From Chthonomonadaceae bacterium (lineage in GTDB: Bacteria; Armatimonadota; Chthonomonadetes; Chthonomonadales; Chthonomonadaceae): a DNA stretch of 61,590 nucleotides. The stretch covers positions 1 through 61,590 of the forward strand of contig DASRGZ010000182.1 in assembly GCA_035650735.1 (NCBI GenBank), read 5' to 3'. Below are positions 19,426-29,657 of this stretch, piece after piece; position 1 is the first letter of the stretch; each line of letters opens with the position of its first letter. Made by a program: the position numbers and the translations under genes. The notes beneath the pieces were generated by a model. That model saw only the letters and a program-made list of their open reading frames with translations, did no database searches and was not told the origin of the DNA.

Positions 19426-19983
19426 ATGCTCTTGACGATGGAACGTTTGCTCTTACGGGAATTCGTGGAGGACGACTGGGAAGCGGTGCTGGCCTACCAG
19501 TCCGATCCGCTTTACCTGCGCTACAATCCCTGGACACAGCGCTCAGAAGCCGAAGTTCGGGAGTTTGTCGGCTGGTTTCTGGCCAACCAGAAAGAACAAC
19601 CACGCAGGAAGTTCCAGCTCGCCGTCGTCCTCAAGGCGGAAGGGCGGCTAATCGGCAACTGTGGCGCACGGATCAACGATCTGGGGTTACGGGAAGGCAA
19701 CATCGGCTATGAGCTCGACAGCCGCTATTGGGGACAGGGCTATGCCACCGAAGTGGCCCGTGAGATCGTGCGGTTCGGTTTTGAGGAGTTAGGGCTGCAT
19801 CGTATCTGGTCATGGTGTGTAGCCGAGAATGTCGGATCGGCACGGGTATTGGAAAAAGTTGGCATGCGGCCAGAGGGATACCTCAGAGAGAAGGAGTATT
19901 ATAGAAACCGGTGGTGGGATCACCGCCTGTTTGCCATCCTCGACCATGAATGGAAAGCCCGGCAAGCGGTCCCGGTGAGCTAG
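19426..19983 (+). CDS. GNAT acetyltransferase, RimJ/RimL family
   Basis: 'ERLLLR', 'IGY.L...YWGQGYATE', 'N..S.RVLEKVGM..EG.LRE'; AGGAGG RBS. Confidence 0.9.
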   Translation: MLLTMERLLLREFVEDDWEAVLAYQSDPLYLRYNPWTQRSEAEVREFVGWFLANQKEQPRRKFQLAVVLKAEGRLIGNCGARINDLGLREGNIGYELDSRYWGQGYATEVAREIVRFGFEELGLHRIWSWCVAENVGSARVLEKVGMRPEGYLREKEYYRNRWWDHRLFAILDHEWKARQAVPVS

Positions 19984-20160
19984 TTTCCCGCCAACCACTC
20001 GGCGGTCCGGGCGGACAGACGTCCCATTAGAGATCTGTGATTCGGCGCCGAAATTACCGAAAATACTTTCGTGGGTCTATGACTCCCTATCAACGCTGCC
20101 TCGCGGCATTCGGGCTGTGAGTTTTGACCTGCGCCCCCTCCTCTTGTTCATCACACGCAT

Positions 20161-22665
20161 ATGCAATCCGATAGGACACAATCGGCTGCTCCCTTCCAAT
20201 CTTGCCCACAAACCGACCCTGCTTTACCTTGCGACGGCATACCGGATACACTCTCGGAAGCCAAACCTGCCGAGCAAGGGCTGCGGGAGAGCGATGTCAC
20301 GCGCGCCTATGTGATGTCCAGCGCGCGCTGTGTGCTCTGGTATGCCGACGTGGAGGACATCGGCCATCCGGACCTCCTGCGCTGGGAAACGCACGTCGTA
20401 GATGAGGAGGCCGCCCAGCAGTTCCTGTCAGTGGAGGTGCAGCCCGGCGAGGCGTATCAGGAGGCTCTCTATCGCGCCAAGCTGCCCAATGATCGCAACG
20501 CGTGCGACCGACTGGCCCTGGCTTCCATCCGGGCAGGCAAAAGTTACACGCAGGAGTTTCGCATCCAGGCGGCGGATGGCACTATCCGCTGGCTGCACGA
20601 GGATATCCAGGTAGAGACCGTTGTCGAGGGCAAGCAATGGCGGCTGGTGGGGGTCTGCACGGACATTACCGAACACAAGCGGACAGAGCAGACATTGCGG
20701 GAGAGTGAAACCCTCTACCGCACCTTGGGGGAAGCGGTGCCTGATTTCATATGGACGTACAGCCCGGACGCCAGCGGCAACTACGTCAACCGCCGCTGGA
20801 CCGAGTACACAGGGCTGACTCTGGAGCAGGCGTATCTGGTTCCGATGGACTATGTTCATCATCCAGAAGACTTGCCCCAATTGAGCGAGCGATGGACGGA
20901 AGCCCTGCGGCGGGGCGAGTCGTATGAAGCCGAGAGCCGTCTCCGGCGACACGACGGGGTTTACCGCTGGTTTGTTCACCGCGCCGTTCCCGTCAAGGAT
21001 GAGCAGGGCCGCATCGTGCGATGGATCGGGACGACCACCGACATTCATGAACGCAAACTGGCGGAGGAGGCGCTGCGCCGAAGCGAGGCGCACTATCGTC
21101 AACTCGTCGAGGCCATGCCGCAGTTGGCGTGGATCACCGATGCGGACGGCATACCGGAATATTTCAATCAGCGCTGGTGCGATTACACAGGCATGTCTTT
21201 GCAAGAGATGCAGGATAGCAGCCGACCGCCTGTGACGCACCCGAACGACCGCGAGCGGGCCGTAGCAGGCTGGAAACAGGCTGTGCGAACCGGGCAGCCG
21301 TATGAAATGGAGTATCGCTTACGCCGTGTGGACGGAACGTACCGCTGGTTCTTGGCGCGGGGCATCCCACTCAAGGACGAGCAGGGCCAGATCACCCGCT
21401 GGTTCGGCACGTGCACGGACATTGAGGATCAGAAGCGCACGGAGGAGAAGGAGCATTTTCTGGCAGAGGCCAGCGCAGTGCTGGCGTCTTCGCTGGACTA
21501 CGAAACGACGCTGGCGAACGTGGCGAAACTGGCGGTGCCGCATCTGGCGGACTGGTGCGCCGTGCATGTGGTCGAGGCAGAGGGAACGGTGCGGCCGCTG
21601 GCGGTGGCCCACATCAACCCGGACAAGGTGAGGTGGGCGCAAGAGCTCCAGTCCCGGTACCCCTATGATCCGAATGCGTCGCGCGGTTTCGCCGAGGTCT
21701 TGCGCACCGGACAGCCAATCTTCTATCCAAAAATTACGGATGCCATGCTCGTAGCGGCAGCGCGCGATGAGGAGCATCTGCGGATTATGCGTGAGGTCGG
21801 CTTTACGTCGGCGATGATCGTGCCGATGAAGGTTCAGGAGAGGATACTGGGAGCCCTCACGTTCGTGTCGGCAGAGACAGGCCGACCTTATACCCAGGCT
21901 GACCTGACCGTTGCCGAAGACCTGGCCTTGCGTGCCGCTCTCGCCGTAGATAATGCCCGCTCCTACAAAGCGGCCCAGGAGGAGATCGCGCGCAGAGAAC
22001 AGACCGAGCGCCAACTGCGCCTGCACCAGGCGGAAATCGAAGACCTCAACCGCCGCTTGCGCCGCAGCATGACCGAGACACACCATAGAGTAGGCAACAA
22101 TTTGCAGGTCATCGCGGCCCTGATTGACATGCAGCGAATGGAGGCCGCCGACACGGTGCCCGTCGCCGAGTTGAATCGGCTTAGCAGCCAGATACGCGCG
22201 CTGGCCGCCGTGCATCAAGTGCTGACCCGGGGGGTGAAGGAGGAGGAAAGCAGCCAGCGCGTCTCCGCCAGGACCGTGCTGGAAAGGATGCTGCCTCTGC
22301 TCCAACAGATGGCTGGCCAACCTCCACGTGCTTTTGTCGTGTCCGAGGCTGCCCTCACCGCACGGCAAGGCACGGCGCTGGCCCTGTGCCTTCAGGAGAT
22401 GTATTCCAATGCCCTCAAGCACGGAAAGGGTGAGGTTGCCGTGCGTTTTGCCGTTGAGAACCGGCAAGCTACTCTGGAGGTTGTGGACAATGGCTGTGGG
22501 TTCCCGGAAGAGTTCAACCCGGCCCAGGCCGCCAACACGGGGCTCAGCCTGATATTGAGCCTCATCCAGACCGATTTAGGAGGGCACGTAACGTTCTCCA
22601 ACAGGCCGGAGGGAGGCGGGCGCGTGATCGTGCAGTTTCCCCTGGCGGATCAAGCCGATTCGTAG
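20161..22665 (+). CDS. Cytoplasmic multi-PAS/GAF sensor histidine kinase (HisKA_2 type)
   Basis: PAS-PAC repeats ('HPED/HPND', 'DG.YRW'), GAF ('AVPHLADWC'), H-box 'ETHHRVGNNLQ', N-box 'E..SNALKH', 'DNG.G', 'GLSLI'. Confidence 0.9.
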   Translation: MQSDRTQSAAPFQSCPQTDPALPCDGIPDTLSEAKPAEQGLRESDVTRAYVMSSARCVLWYADVEDIGHPDLLRWETHVVDEEAAQQFLSVEVQPGEAYQEALYRAKLPNDRNACDRLALASIRAGKSYTQEFRIQAADGTIRWLHEDIQVETVVEGKQWRLVGVCTDITEHKRTEQTLRESETLYRTLGEAVPDFIWTYSPDASGNYVNRRWTEYTGLTLEQAYLVPMDYVHHPEDLPQLSERWTEALRRGESYEAESRLRRHDGVYRWFVHRAVPVKDEQGRIVRWIGTTTDIHERKLAEEALRRSEAHYRQLVEAMPQLAWITDADGIPEYFNQRWCDYTGMSLQEMQDSSRPPVTHPNDRERAVAGWKQAVRTGQPYEMEYRLRRVDGTYRWFLARGIPLKDEQGQITRWFGTCTDIEDQKRTEEKEHFLAEASAVLASSLDYETTLANVAKLAVPHLADWCAVHVVEAEGTVRPLAVAHINPDKVRWAQELQSRYPYDPNASRGFAEVLRTGQPIFYPKITDAMLVAAARDEEHLRIMREVGFTSAMIVPMKVQERILGALTFVSAETGRPYTQADLTVAEDLALRAALAVDNARSYKAAQEEIARREQTERQLRLHQAEIEDLNRRLRRSMTETHHRVGNNLQVIAALIDMQRMEAADTVPVAELNRLSSQIRALAAVHQVLTRGVKEEESSQRVSARTVLERMLPLLQQMAGQPPRAFVVSEAALTARQGTALALCLQEMYSNALKHGKGEVAVRFAVENRQATLEVVDNGCGFPEEFNPAQAANTGLSLILSLIQTDLGGHVTFSNRPEGGGRVIVQFPLADQADS

Positions 22666-22687
22666 CAGTGACAGCGCTTGTCTCTTT

Positions 22688-23200
22688 CTATGCTCCATAG
22701 AGCAGAATACCGAGTGCGGCAAACCCGGCAAGGATAACAATCACCGGAACGCGCTTTGAGCCCCCAAGCACAAAGCTTACGAGCGCAATAGCCACACTGG
22801 CTGCGTCCAGGCCCACGCCACCCAGCAGACCGACCAGAACCACCCCGAACACGCCCACCACCGCCAGCCCCAGGCCGCGCACAAACCCAACAATCGCCGA
22901 GTGATGCTTGACCCGATGGTAGGCGCGATCCAAGAGCAGAATGACAAGCGGCGGAAGGCAAATCGCTATCGCCGAGAGGATCGCCCCGCGCAAGCCGCCC
23001 AGGAGATAGCCCAGACTGACCACCCACAGCCCGTTGGGGCCGGGAGAGACCTGCCCGACGGCAAGCCCCTCGGCAAAGATCTTTTCGGTGGCCCACCCTC
23101 GCGCTATCAAGTCGTCATGCAGCGCCGGAACGTTGCCCATGCCGCCGGTGGAAAAGAACGAGGCGCGAAGCACCAGGGCAAAATAGAGGAGCAGATTCAT
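22688..23200 (-). CDS. chrA: Short-chain chromate transporter subunit
   Basis: 'FSTGGMG', 'GQVSPGPN' CHR motifs; hydrophobic. Confidence 0.85.
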   Translation of the reverse strand: MNLLLYFALVLRASFFSTGGMGNVPALHDDLIARGWATEKIFAEGLAVGQVSPGPNGLWVVSLGYLLGGLRGAILSAIAICLPPLVILLLDRAYHRVKHHSAIVGFVRGLGLAVVGVFGVVLVGLLGGVGLDAASVAIALVSFVLGGSKRVPVIVILAGFAALGILLYGA

Positions 23201-23838
23201 AGGGCGGCCTCATCCTTCGAGGGAAACCGCCACTGGTATAGCCCGCTTGCCAGGCCCGCGCTGAGTAAGACCAGGATGACGGGCTTATGCCAGAGCGCCA
23301 GCAGGAGCGCGCCGACAATTAGGACAAGGCTCATCGCAGCGTGGCCTTTTCCCTCATGTTGACTTTCCTGGATAAGCGGGCGCGCGATATTGATTGCGGT
23401 CATGAAGCCAAGCCCGACCGTGGCCGGAATGATACCGCGCAGGGCGGATTGCATCGCGCGCAGATGTTCCAGGCGGCTATAGCAGGCCGTCAGCAGAATG
23501 GTAATCGCCACGCTCGGCAGCAGCAGCCCCAGCACGGAAACGAGGATGCCGGGCGCTCCTTTGAGCTTCCGTCCGATCAGGATCGTCACGGCAACCAGGT
23601 TAATGCCGGGCGCGACCTGGCACAGAGACCAGAAACGCGTAAACTCAGCTTCCGACACCCATTGCCGTTGCTCCACGATCACGCGACGAATAAGGGCAAG
23701 CGTCGCCGTACCCCCGCCAAATGACTGGCAACCGAGCAAGAACCATACGCGCAGAAGAAGCCATAACGACGGACGCGGCGGAGAGGTTTCCGTAGAAGTT
23801 TCTATATTCCCTATCCCCTTTACGTATGATAAGGGCAA
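23197..23838 (-). CDS. chrA: Short-chain chromate transporter subunit
   Basis: 'SFGGG', 'CQVAPG', 'LLPS' CHR motifs; ATGA overlap with partner. Confidence 0.85.
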   Translation of the reverse strand: MPLSYVKGIGNIETSTETSPPRPSLWLLLRVWFLLGCQSFGGGTATLALIRRVIVEQRQWVSEAEFTRFWSLCQVAPGINLVAVTILIGRKLKGAPGILVSVLGLLLPSVAITILLTACYSRLEHLRAMQSALRGIIPATVGLGFMTAINIARPLIQESQHEGKGHAAMSLVLIVGALLLALWHKPVILVLLSAGLASGLYQWRFPSKDEAAL

Positions 23839-23889
23839 TCAATTCTCGGCGCTTGTGCGTTTTTGGCGTCTGGGGGACGCTTGGCTGCC

Positions 23890-24147
23890 AGGCCCGATAG
23901 CGCCGGGGGTTGAAAACCCCGGTCCTAGCCGGGCATGGAAAATACCCGGCTAGAGGGCGGCTGCGCCGCCAACCGTCCTTCGGACGGGAAAACGGGCCTA
24001 TCGGCAGGTGGCTGCCTTCGTAGAGCGGGAAGAACCTGCCGCTACGGGGCGTCCGCTAGTCGCAAGGCCGAGCCGCGAACCGTTGAGCGGCGTCCCTTGC
24101 AGTCGCTTGGCCGTAGGCCCTAGAGCCGGGTACTTTCAGGGCCTGGC
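23890..24147. repeat. Composite REP/MITE-like element related to 11144-11321, carrying an extra ~45-bp module
   Basis: Shared GCCAACCGTCCTTCGGACGG, GCTGCCTTCGTAG and GGGTACTTTCAG segments; CCGGGGGTTGAAAACCCCGG palindrome. Confidence 0.75.
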
Positions 24148-24390
24148 GGCGAGTGCAGGAAAACGGAAGAACCTTTTATGTGATGAAAAGTTATGCCGCT
24201 AAAGAGCGTCCCGCGTGAGTGACCGAAGATGAATTCGAGGTATACTTTTTCCAATTTGCGTGTTCGGGCGGGGAGCCGAGCGATCTCTTCCAGAGGCATC
24301 ACCTCGTCGCCGATTGCGTCTTGTAGGATACTCCCTCCCTGTGGCTTTTCCTCCGTGTCTCTGGGCTTCTAGCGCAGCGGGTGGTTTATT

Positions 24391-25986
24391 ATGGAAGTGG
24401 GTAAAAACCAGGATACCCTAATACTGGCTGCCATAGATATTGGGACCAACTCGATCCGCCTGGCCGTCGTGCGTGTGGAGGAAGACCAGCGCCTGACGAC
24501 GCTGGCCCAGCATCGCGAGGTCGTGCGTCTGGGCGAGGGCGAGTTTGAGACCAATCAGATGACGCCCGACGCCATTGCGCGCGGCGCGCTGGTCTGCGCC
24601 AAGTTCGCGGAGGTGGCGCGCGGCTTTGGGGCCAGGGAGATCGTGGCGCTGGCGACCTCCGCCGTGCGCGAGGCCGACAATCGCGAGGAGTTCATCGAGC
24701 GCGTCCGCAGAGAGGCGGGCATTGAGGTGCGGGTCATCTCCGGCGTGGAGGAGGCCCGCCTGATCTGGCTGGGCGTCTCCAGCGGCATGGAATTGGGCGA
24801 CCGCCGCGCCGTCCTCGTGGACATTGGCGGCGGCAGCACGGAGATCATTGTCGGCGATGCCGCCGGATATCGAATGCTGGAGAGCCTGCGGCTGGGTTCT
24901 ATCCGTCTCTCCAACCGCTTCCTGGACTTCGACGGCCCGGTCAGCTCAGAGGTCTTCGCGCGTGTGCAGGGCTACGTCATGGGCGTGGCAAGCCAGGTCA
25001 TCCGCCGCGTCAAGGCGCAGGGCTTCGATCTGGCCCTGGGCAGCGCCGGCACCATCAACACCCTGGGCGACATCGTGGCGCGGCACATCGGCGACCCGCC
25101 CATCAGCAGCCAGCGCAACTATACCTTCCGCCTCTCCGACCTGCAAGACGCCGTGCAGATGCTCTGCCGCCTGCCGCTGGAGGAGCGGCGCAAAGTGCCG
25201 GGCATGGACGCCAACCGCGCCGATATTATCCTGGGCGGGGCGGCGATCATCCTGACCTTAATGGAGGGGTTCGGCGCAGAGAAACTGATGCTGAGCGAGC
25301 GCGGCCTGCGCGACGGCATCCTGCTCGATCACCTGTTGCGCGAAGAGGAGGCCCGCCAGCGCTTCCAGGCCCTTTCGGTGCGCCGACGCAGCATCCTCCA
25401 GCTTGCCCATGCCTGCAACTACGAGGCCGAGCACGCCCAGCACACCGCCCACATCGCCCTGCGCCTCTTCGACGAGCTGCGCCGCCTGAAGGCCCACCCC
25501 TACGGCGACGCCGAGCGCGAGCTGCTGGAGTATGCCGCCATTGCCCACGACATCGGCATGTTCATCTCCCACTCCAACCACCAGAAGCACGCCTACTATC
25601 TGCTCCGCAACTTCGACCTGCTCGGCTTCAACGACACAGAGATCAACATTATCGCCAACGTGGCCCTCTACCACCGCAAAGGCATCCCCAAAAAGCGGCA
25701 TTCCAACCTGGAAAACCTGGATCGCGCGGAGCGGCGCCAGATCAGCGTGCTGGCGGCTATCTTGCGCGTGGCGGAGGGGATCGACCGCAGTCACCTGGGG
25801 CTGGTCAAGGACGTGCGGATGGAGGTCGCGCACAGGCCGCGCCGCTTTGTCCTGACGCTGCTCTCCGAGTCGGACTGTCAGTTGGAGGTGTGGGGCGTGC
25901 AGAACAACAGCGACCTATTTGAGTATGTCTTCGGCGCTCCCCTGACCGTGCGCGTGGAACATCCGGCTCCCGTCCCCGCCGGATAG
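24391..25986 (+). CDS. ppx: Exopolyphosphatase / pppGpp phosphohydrolase, long form with HD domain
   Basis: 'AAIDIGTNSIRL', 'TSAVREA.N', 'SGVEEARL', 'DIGGGSTE', then 'HDIG', 'YHRK'. Confidence 0.93.
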   Translation: MEVGKNQDTLILAAIDIGTNSIRLAVVRVEEDQRLTTLAQHREVVRLGEGEFETNQMTPDAIARGALVCAKFAEVARGFGAREIVALATSAVREADNREEFIERVRREAGIEVRVISGVEEARLIWLGVSSGMELGDRRAVLVDIGGGSTEIIVGDAAGYRMLESLRLGSIRLSNRFLDFDGPVSSEVFARVQGYVMGVASQVIRRVKAQGFDLALGSAGTINTLGDIVARHIGDPPISSQRNYTFRLSDLQDAVQMLCRLPLEERRKVPGMDANRADIILGGAAIILTLMEGFGAEKLMLSERGLRDGILLDHLLREEEARQRFQALSVRRRSILQLAHACNYEAEHAQHTAHIALRLFDELRRLKAHPYGDAERELLEYAAIAHDIGMFISHSNHQKHAYYLLRNFDLLGFNDTEINIIANVALYHRKGIPKKRHSNLENLDRAERRQISVLAAILRVAEGIDRSHLGLVKDVRMEVAHRPRRFVLTLLSESDCQLEVWGVQNNSDLFEYVFGAPLTVRVEHPAPVPAG

Positions 25987-26041
25987 CGGATACTTTTTCC
26001 GACGGGCTGAAGCCCTTCGCTCGGTGGCGTTCCGCCCAGTG

Positions 26042-26400
26042 ACTGCCAGGGTCGGGCCTGCAATGGACTGCCAGGGTCGGCACTCAACTCAGGGAGAAGA
26101 AAGGCCCGAAGAGTGCGAAGCGGCATCTAACCTGCAATGGACTGGCAGGGTCGGCGCTCAACTCAGGTTGGTGGAGGCGTAGCGCAGCAGGCCGCGCGGC
26201 TGCAATGGACTGCTAGGGGGTCGGCGCTCAACCGTTCGCACCACTGCTAGGGTCGGGCCTACAATGGTTCGGCCCTCCGCCTAGCGACCCCTACGGGGAC
26301 ACTAACCTTTCGGTAGGCTGTTTGGTGCCCGCGCAGGCGGGCACAGGGCCGCAGGCCCCACAGCGGCAGGGTTTAGCCTGCCGCGGCCGAGGCCGTAATC
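26042..26400. repeat. Array of ACTGCCAGGGTCGG-family units incl. 37-bp repeats with unique 37/31-bp intervals, plus REP palindromes
   Basis: CCTGCAATGGACTG(C/G)CAGGGTCGGC(A/G)CTCAACTCAGG at 26057-26093 and 26131-26167, degenerate third at ~26199. Confidence 0.8.
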
Positions 26401-26410
26401 AGGCTCCATC

Positions 26411-27187
26411 CTATTCGCTCTCCAGCGCCGCCACCCACGCGCCGTTATATTCCCGCATCGTCTGCACCGACGCTTCGCACACGGCCAGATTACGGTACCA
26501 TTTCTTATTGGCCGGCACGATATACCAGGGCGCCTCCGGCGTGCTGCAATAGGTCAGCGCGTCGCTATAGGCTTCCATATAGTCATCCCAGAGGGCGCGC
26601 TCCCGCCAATCCGAAGGCGATAGCTTCCAGCGTTTCTTGCGCTCGCGCGCTAAGAGTCGCCGCTCCTGCTCCTCCTTGCTGATGTGCAGGAAAAACTTCA
26701 GGATAATGGTTCCGTTGGCCGTCAGCATCCGTTCAAAGTCATTGATCTGGGCATAGCGGGCCTGCCAGACTCCGGGCGGCACCTTCTTATGCACGCGCAC
26801 GGCCAGCACGTCCTCGTAATAGGACCGGTTGAAGACGCCCATCATGCCCTTTGCCGGCGTCACCTTATGGTAGCGCCAGAGAAAATCGTGGCTCAGCTCC
26901 TCGTCCGTCGGCTGCTTAAAAGCCTCCACGCGGCAGCCGTGATGGCTGACGTTACGCAGCACGTTGCGTATGGCCCCATCCTTGCCGCTGGTATCGAGTC
27001 CCTGGAAGAGCATGAGAATGCTATGCTGACGACAGGCATAGCAGCGCTGCTGCATCTCGGCCAGCTCCGTATTGAGCGCATCGAATTCCGCTGCGCCCTG
27101 CTCTGGCGTCAGGCAGGCATCAAAATCGGGGTCGAACTCCGCCAGGCATATGCGTGTGCCCGGCATCACCTTAAATGCGTAGGCCAT
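26411..27187 (-). CDS. ppk2: Polyphosphate kinase 2 family (probably class III)
   Basis: 'FQGLDTSGKDG', 'FKQPT.EEL.HDFLWR', 'FNRSYYEDVL', 'KFFLHISKEEQ', 'PWYIVPA..KWYRN'. Confidence 0.93.
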   Translation of the reverse strand: MAYAFKVMPGTRICLAEFDPDFDACLTPEQGAAEFDALNTELAEMQQRCYACRQHSILMLFQGLDTSGKDGAIRNVLRNVSHHGCRVEAFKQPTDEELSHDFLWRYHKVTPAKGMMGVFNRSYYEDVLAVRVHKKVPPGVWQARYAQINDFERMLTANGTIILKFFLHISKEEQERRLLARERKKRWKLSPSDWRERALWDDYMEAYSDALTYCSTPEAPWYIVPANKKWYRNLAVCEASVQTMREYNGAWVAALESE

Positions 27188-27460
27188 CCTACTCTACTCC
27201 CGCGCGCTGGATCTAGCCCAACAGATGGGTCGGACGCAGTATCAGGCCGCGCCACAATCCCATCCATGAACAGACTTCCCAGCAGGCGATCCTGGCAAAT
27301 TGGGTCACTTATCAGCCAGGCTAGAAGGAAACAAGAAACGTTTTGTAAAAACTACGTTTAAGTAGCAAACGATTTACCCGTCGTGGGCCAAAAAATGGGT
27401 TCGGAGTCCTCTTTTTCGGTTTGTCCACACCATATTCCTGCTATGCTCAGGAGAACAGTT

Positions 27461-29449
27461 ATGCTCTCATGTAAACGTCTCCCGCAGAAACCGTTCTTGC
27501 GCCTTGGGGCCGGTCCGCTTGTTCTGGTCCTCGCCATGCAGGGGATCATGGCTTTCCCACGCGCCATTGTTGCCGACAAAGCTGCCGCCCATAATCCTCT
27601 GATCCCGGCCCTCCCAACAACCGTTCGGCAGAACGCCAGAGACCGCGCAGAGGTCCCCCAATTTCCCGCCTCAGATACAACCGTTACGCTGGACAAGCAA
27701 AAATTTGATCTGGCCAGGGAAGAGGAGCTTAAAGCGTTTCTTCAGAAGGTGCAGGATTTGCAAGAGACTGCCGACGACCAGCCCGATCAGCCGAAGGCGG
27801 CCAAAACGCGGAAAGAGAAATCGAAAGATTGGAGCGGCAAGCATATCCAGCGCGGCCTGAAGGAGATGGAACGCACGGCCAAGGCCCTCCTGAAAGGCGA
27901 CGCAGAGAAAGCCGCCGGCATTAGGAAAATCCAGGAAGTCAACTGGGCCGTCCAGAGCAATTTCCGCACCCCCTATATCTGGCGGGAAAGCGTGGACATC
28001 GTAAGCCTCTTTTTCCGAGGTCGCGATATTATGCTCAACGCTTGCGGCCGAGGAAGCGCCAAACATCCGGCCCAGAACCTGCTCACCTACGATGCTCCTG
28101 ACCTGAGCCGGGTGGACCCGAAGCCTTCCACCTTCTGGTCGCGGCCCCAATCTATTGCCGACAAGAACCTCTACTATGGCTTTGACCGTCAGGAGATTCC
28201 CCCTCTGCGCGATTCGATCTGCACCTTTGCGGAGGCCCATAAAGGCTACGGCGCGCACCCCAGTTTTGAGGTGGATTGGAATGGCAGCCGCTGGAAAGTC
28301 AAATTCGGCGAGGAGCACTCCTCCGGGCCGTTCGGGTGCCGCATCTTCTGGGCGCTAGGATTTCCAGCTGAGATCATAGATTATACCCCTGAGGTCAAGA
28401 TAAAGTGGGATCGGCGCATTTTCAAGGATTTCAATTCGCGCAAGAGCAACGCCATGAAGCTCCAATTCCTCGGCCTTACGCTCACCCGGCTCAGCGATAG
28501 CGTCTACTACAACCCACTCGATTACGTCAAATATGCCGTCTTGAAGGACGGCACGCGCCTCACGCCCCAGCAGCTTCAGGAAGGGCTGTTTCCTGTTGCG
28601 CCGGGCCGCAAAAGGCCCAAGCGCCCGGAAACGAATCCCGCCCTCTACAGCCAGGAGTTTGAGCAGAAGCTCGACTACCTGGTCATGAAAGACGCCAGCT
28701 TCAACTCCAAAGACTCCGAGGACACCAAAGACCTGGGCTTCTGGGATTATAACTACCTGGATCATCCGAGACTTCGGGAGCTGCGGGGACTGGGCGTTCT
28801 GAACGCCTGGCTGGATAACTGGGACATTCGCTGGGCGAATAATCGGCTGCTGCTGGTCAAGGAGGACGACGGAACCACGCGCCTGGAGCATATGGTCAGC
28901 GACGTCGGCGCGCTCTTTGGCAACTCCTCCGGCATGATCCGCACGGTGCATGGCAAGATCAAAGTCGGCCTGTACCAGAACGCCCCCAACGATTATTGCT
29001 GGGCTTTCACCGCCAAGCCCGAGCCCGGAAAGACGGACGTGCCGATCTGCGACTATATGCCGATCACCAAGACCCGGCCCTTTTATGACATGAACATAGA
29101 CGACGCCCGGTGGATGGCTCGCCTCATCGGCCAGCTTACCGAGGAGCAGCTTAAGCAGGCGTTGATCGGGGCCGGGTACGACGCCGCCGTGTGCAGGCTC
29201 CTGCTGGAGAAGCTGGCAGCCCGGCGTGACAAGATGATCCAGGACTTCGGGCTGAGCGGCGAGATCCCCCTGATGCGCCCGAACGGCCCGAATAAGAAGC
29301 TCACCTACGATCCGAACACCGACGGCCCCTTCGAGGCTACCCTGGCTCCGGGGCGTACCGTCGCGGCGCAGAATACCGGAGAGTACGTGGTCCTCAACGG
29401 CTGGCTCAAACGGCGCCAGGAATTAAAGCCGGCCAGGCAGCAGCAGTAG
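27461..29449 (+). CDS. Exported hypothetical protein with atypical (HipA/PI3K/CotH-like) kinase motifs
   Basis: Hydrophobic N-terminus; 'G.GAHP.F', 'WKVKFGEE', 'WLDNWDIRWANN', 'VSDVG'; ATG after AGGAG. Confidence 0.6.
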   Translation: MLSCKRLPQKPFLRLGAGPLVLVLAMQGIMAFPRAIVADKAAAHNPLIPALPTTVRQNARDRAEVPQFPASDTTVTLDKQKFDLAREEELKAFLQKVQDLQETADDQPDQPKAAKTRKEKSKDWSGKHIQRGLKEMERTAKALLKGDAEKAAGIRKIQEVNWAVQSNFRTPYIWRESVDIVSLFFRGRDIMLNACGRGSAKHPAQNLLTYDAPDLSRVDPKPSTFWSRPQSIADKNLYYGFDRQEIPPLRDSICTFAEAHKGYGAHPSFEVDWNGSRWKVKFGEEHSSGPFGCRIFWALGFPAEIIDYTPEVKIKWDRRIFKDFNSRKSNAMKLQFLGLTLTRLSDSVYYNPLDYVKYAVLKDGTRLTPQQLQEGLFPVAPGRKRPKRPETNPALYSQEFEQKLDYLVMKDASFNSKDSEDTKDLGFWDYNYLDHPRLRELRGLGVLNAWLDNWDIRWANNRLLLVKEDDGTTRLEHMVSDVGALFGNSSGMIRTVHGKIKVGLYQNAPNDYCWAFTAKPEPGKTDVPICDYMPITKTRPFYDMNIDDARWMARLIGQLTEEQLKQALIGAGYDAAVCRLLLEKLAARRDKMIQDFGLSGEIPLMRPNGPNKKLTYDPNTDGPFEATLAPGRTVAAQNTGEYVVLNGWLKRRQELKPARQQQ

Positions 29450-29457
29450 CGCCCCTG

Positions 29458-29568
29458 GAAAGGAGGAAGGCGGAAGGAGGAAAAGAGCAAAGGCGTTTCT
29501 TCCTTTTCCTCTTTCATCCAAAGGAGCAAAGGCTTTTCTTCATCCTTCCTCCTTCCGCCTTCCTCCTT
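29458..29568. repeat. REP-like inverted repeat, same family as 4148-4220
   Basis: AAGGAGGAAGGCGGAAGGAGGAA ... TTCCTCCTTCCGCCTTCCTCCTT. Confidence 0.7.
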
Positions 29569-29591
29569 AGTGTAGTGGCGGCTAGCAAAAT

Positions 29592-29638
29592 AAAAACCTC
29601 CTGCGGCGAAGCTATCTGATCTGCCGCAGGAGGTTTTA
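29592..29638. terminator. Bidirectional intrinsic terminator
   Basis: AAAACCTCCTGCGGC...GCCGCAGGAGGTTTT between convergent genes. Confidence 0.8.
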
Positions 29639-29657
29639 AATGTGGCAGGGAATAAGA

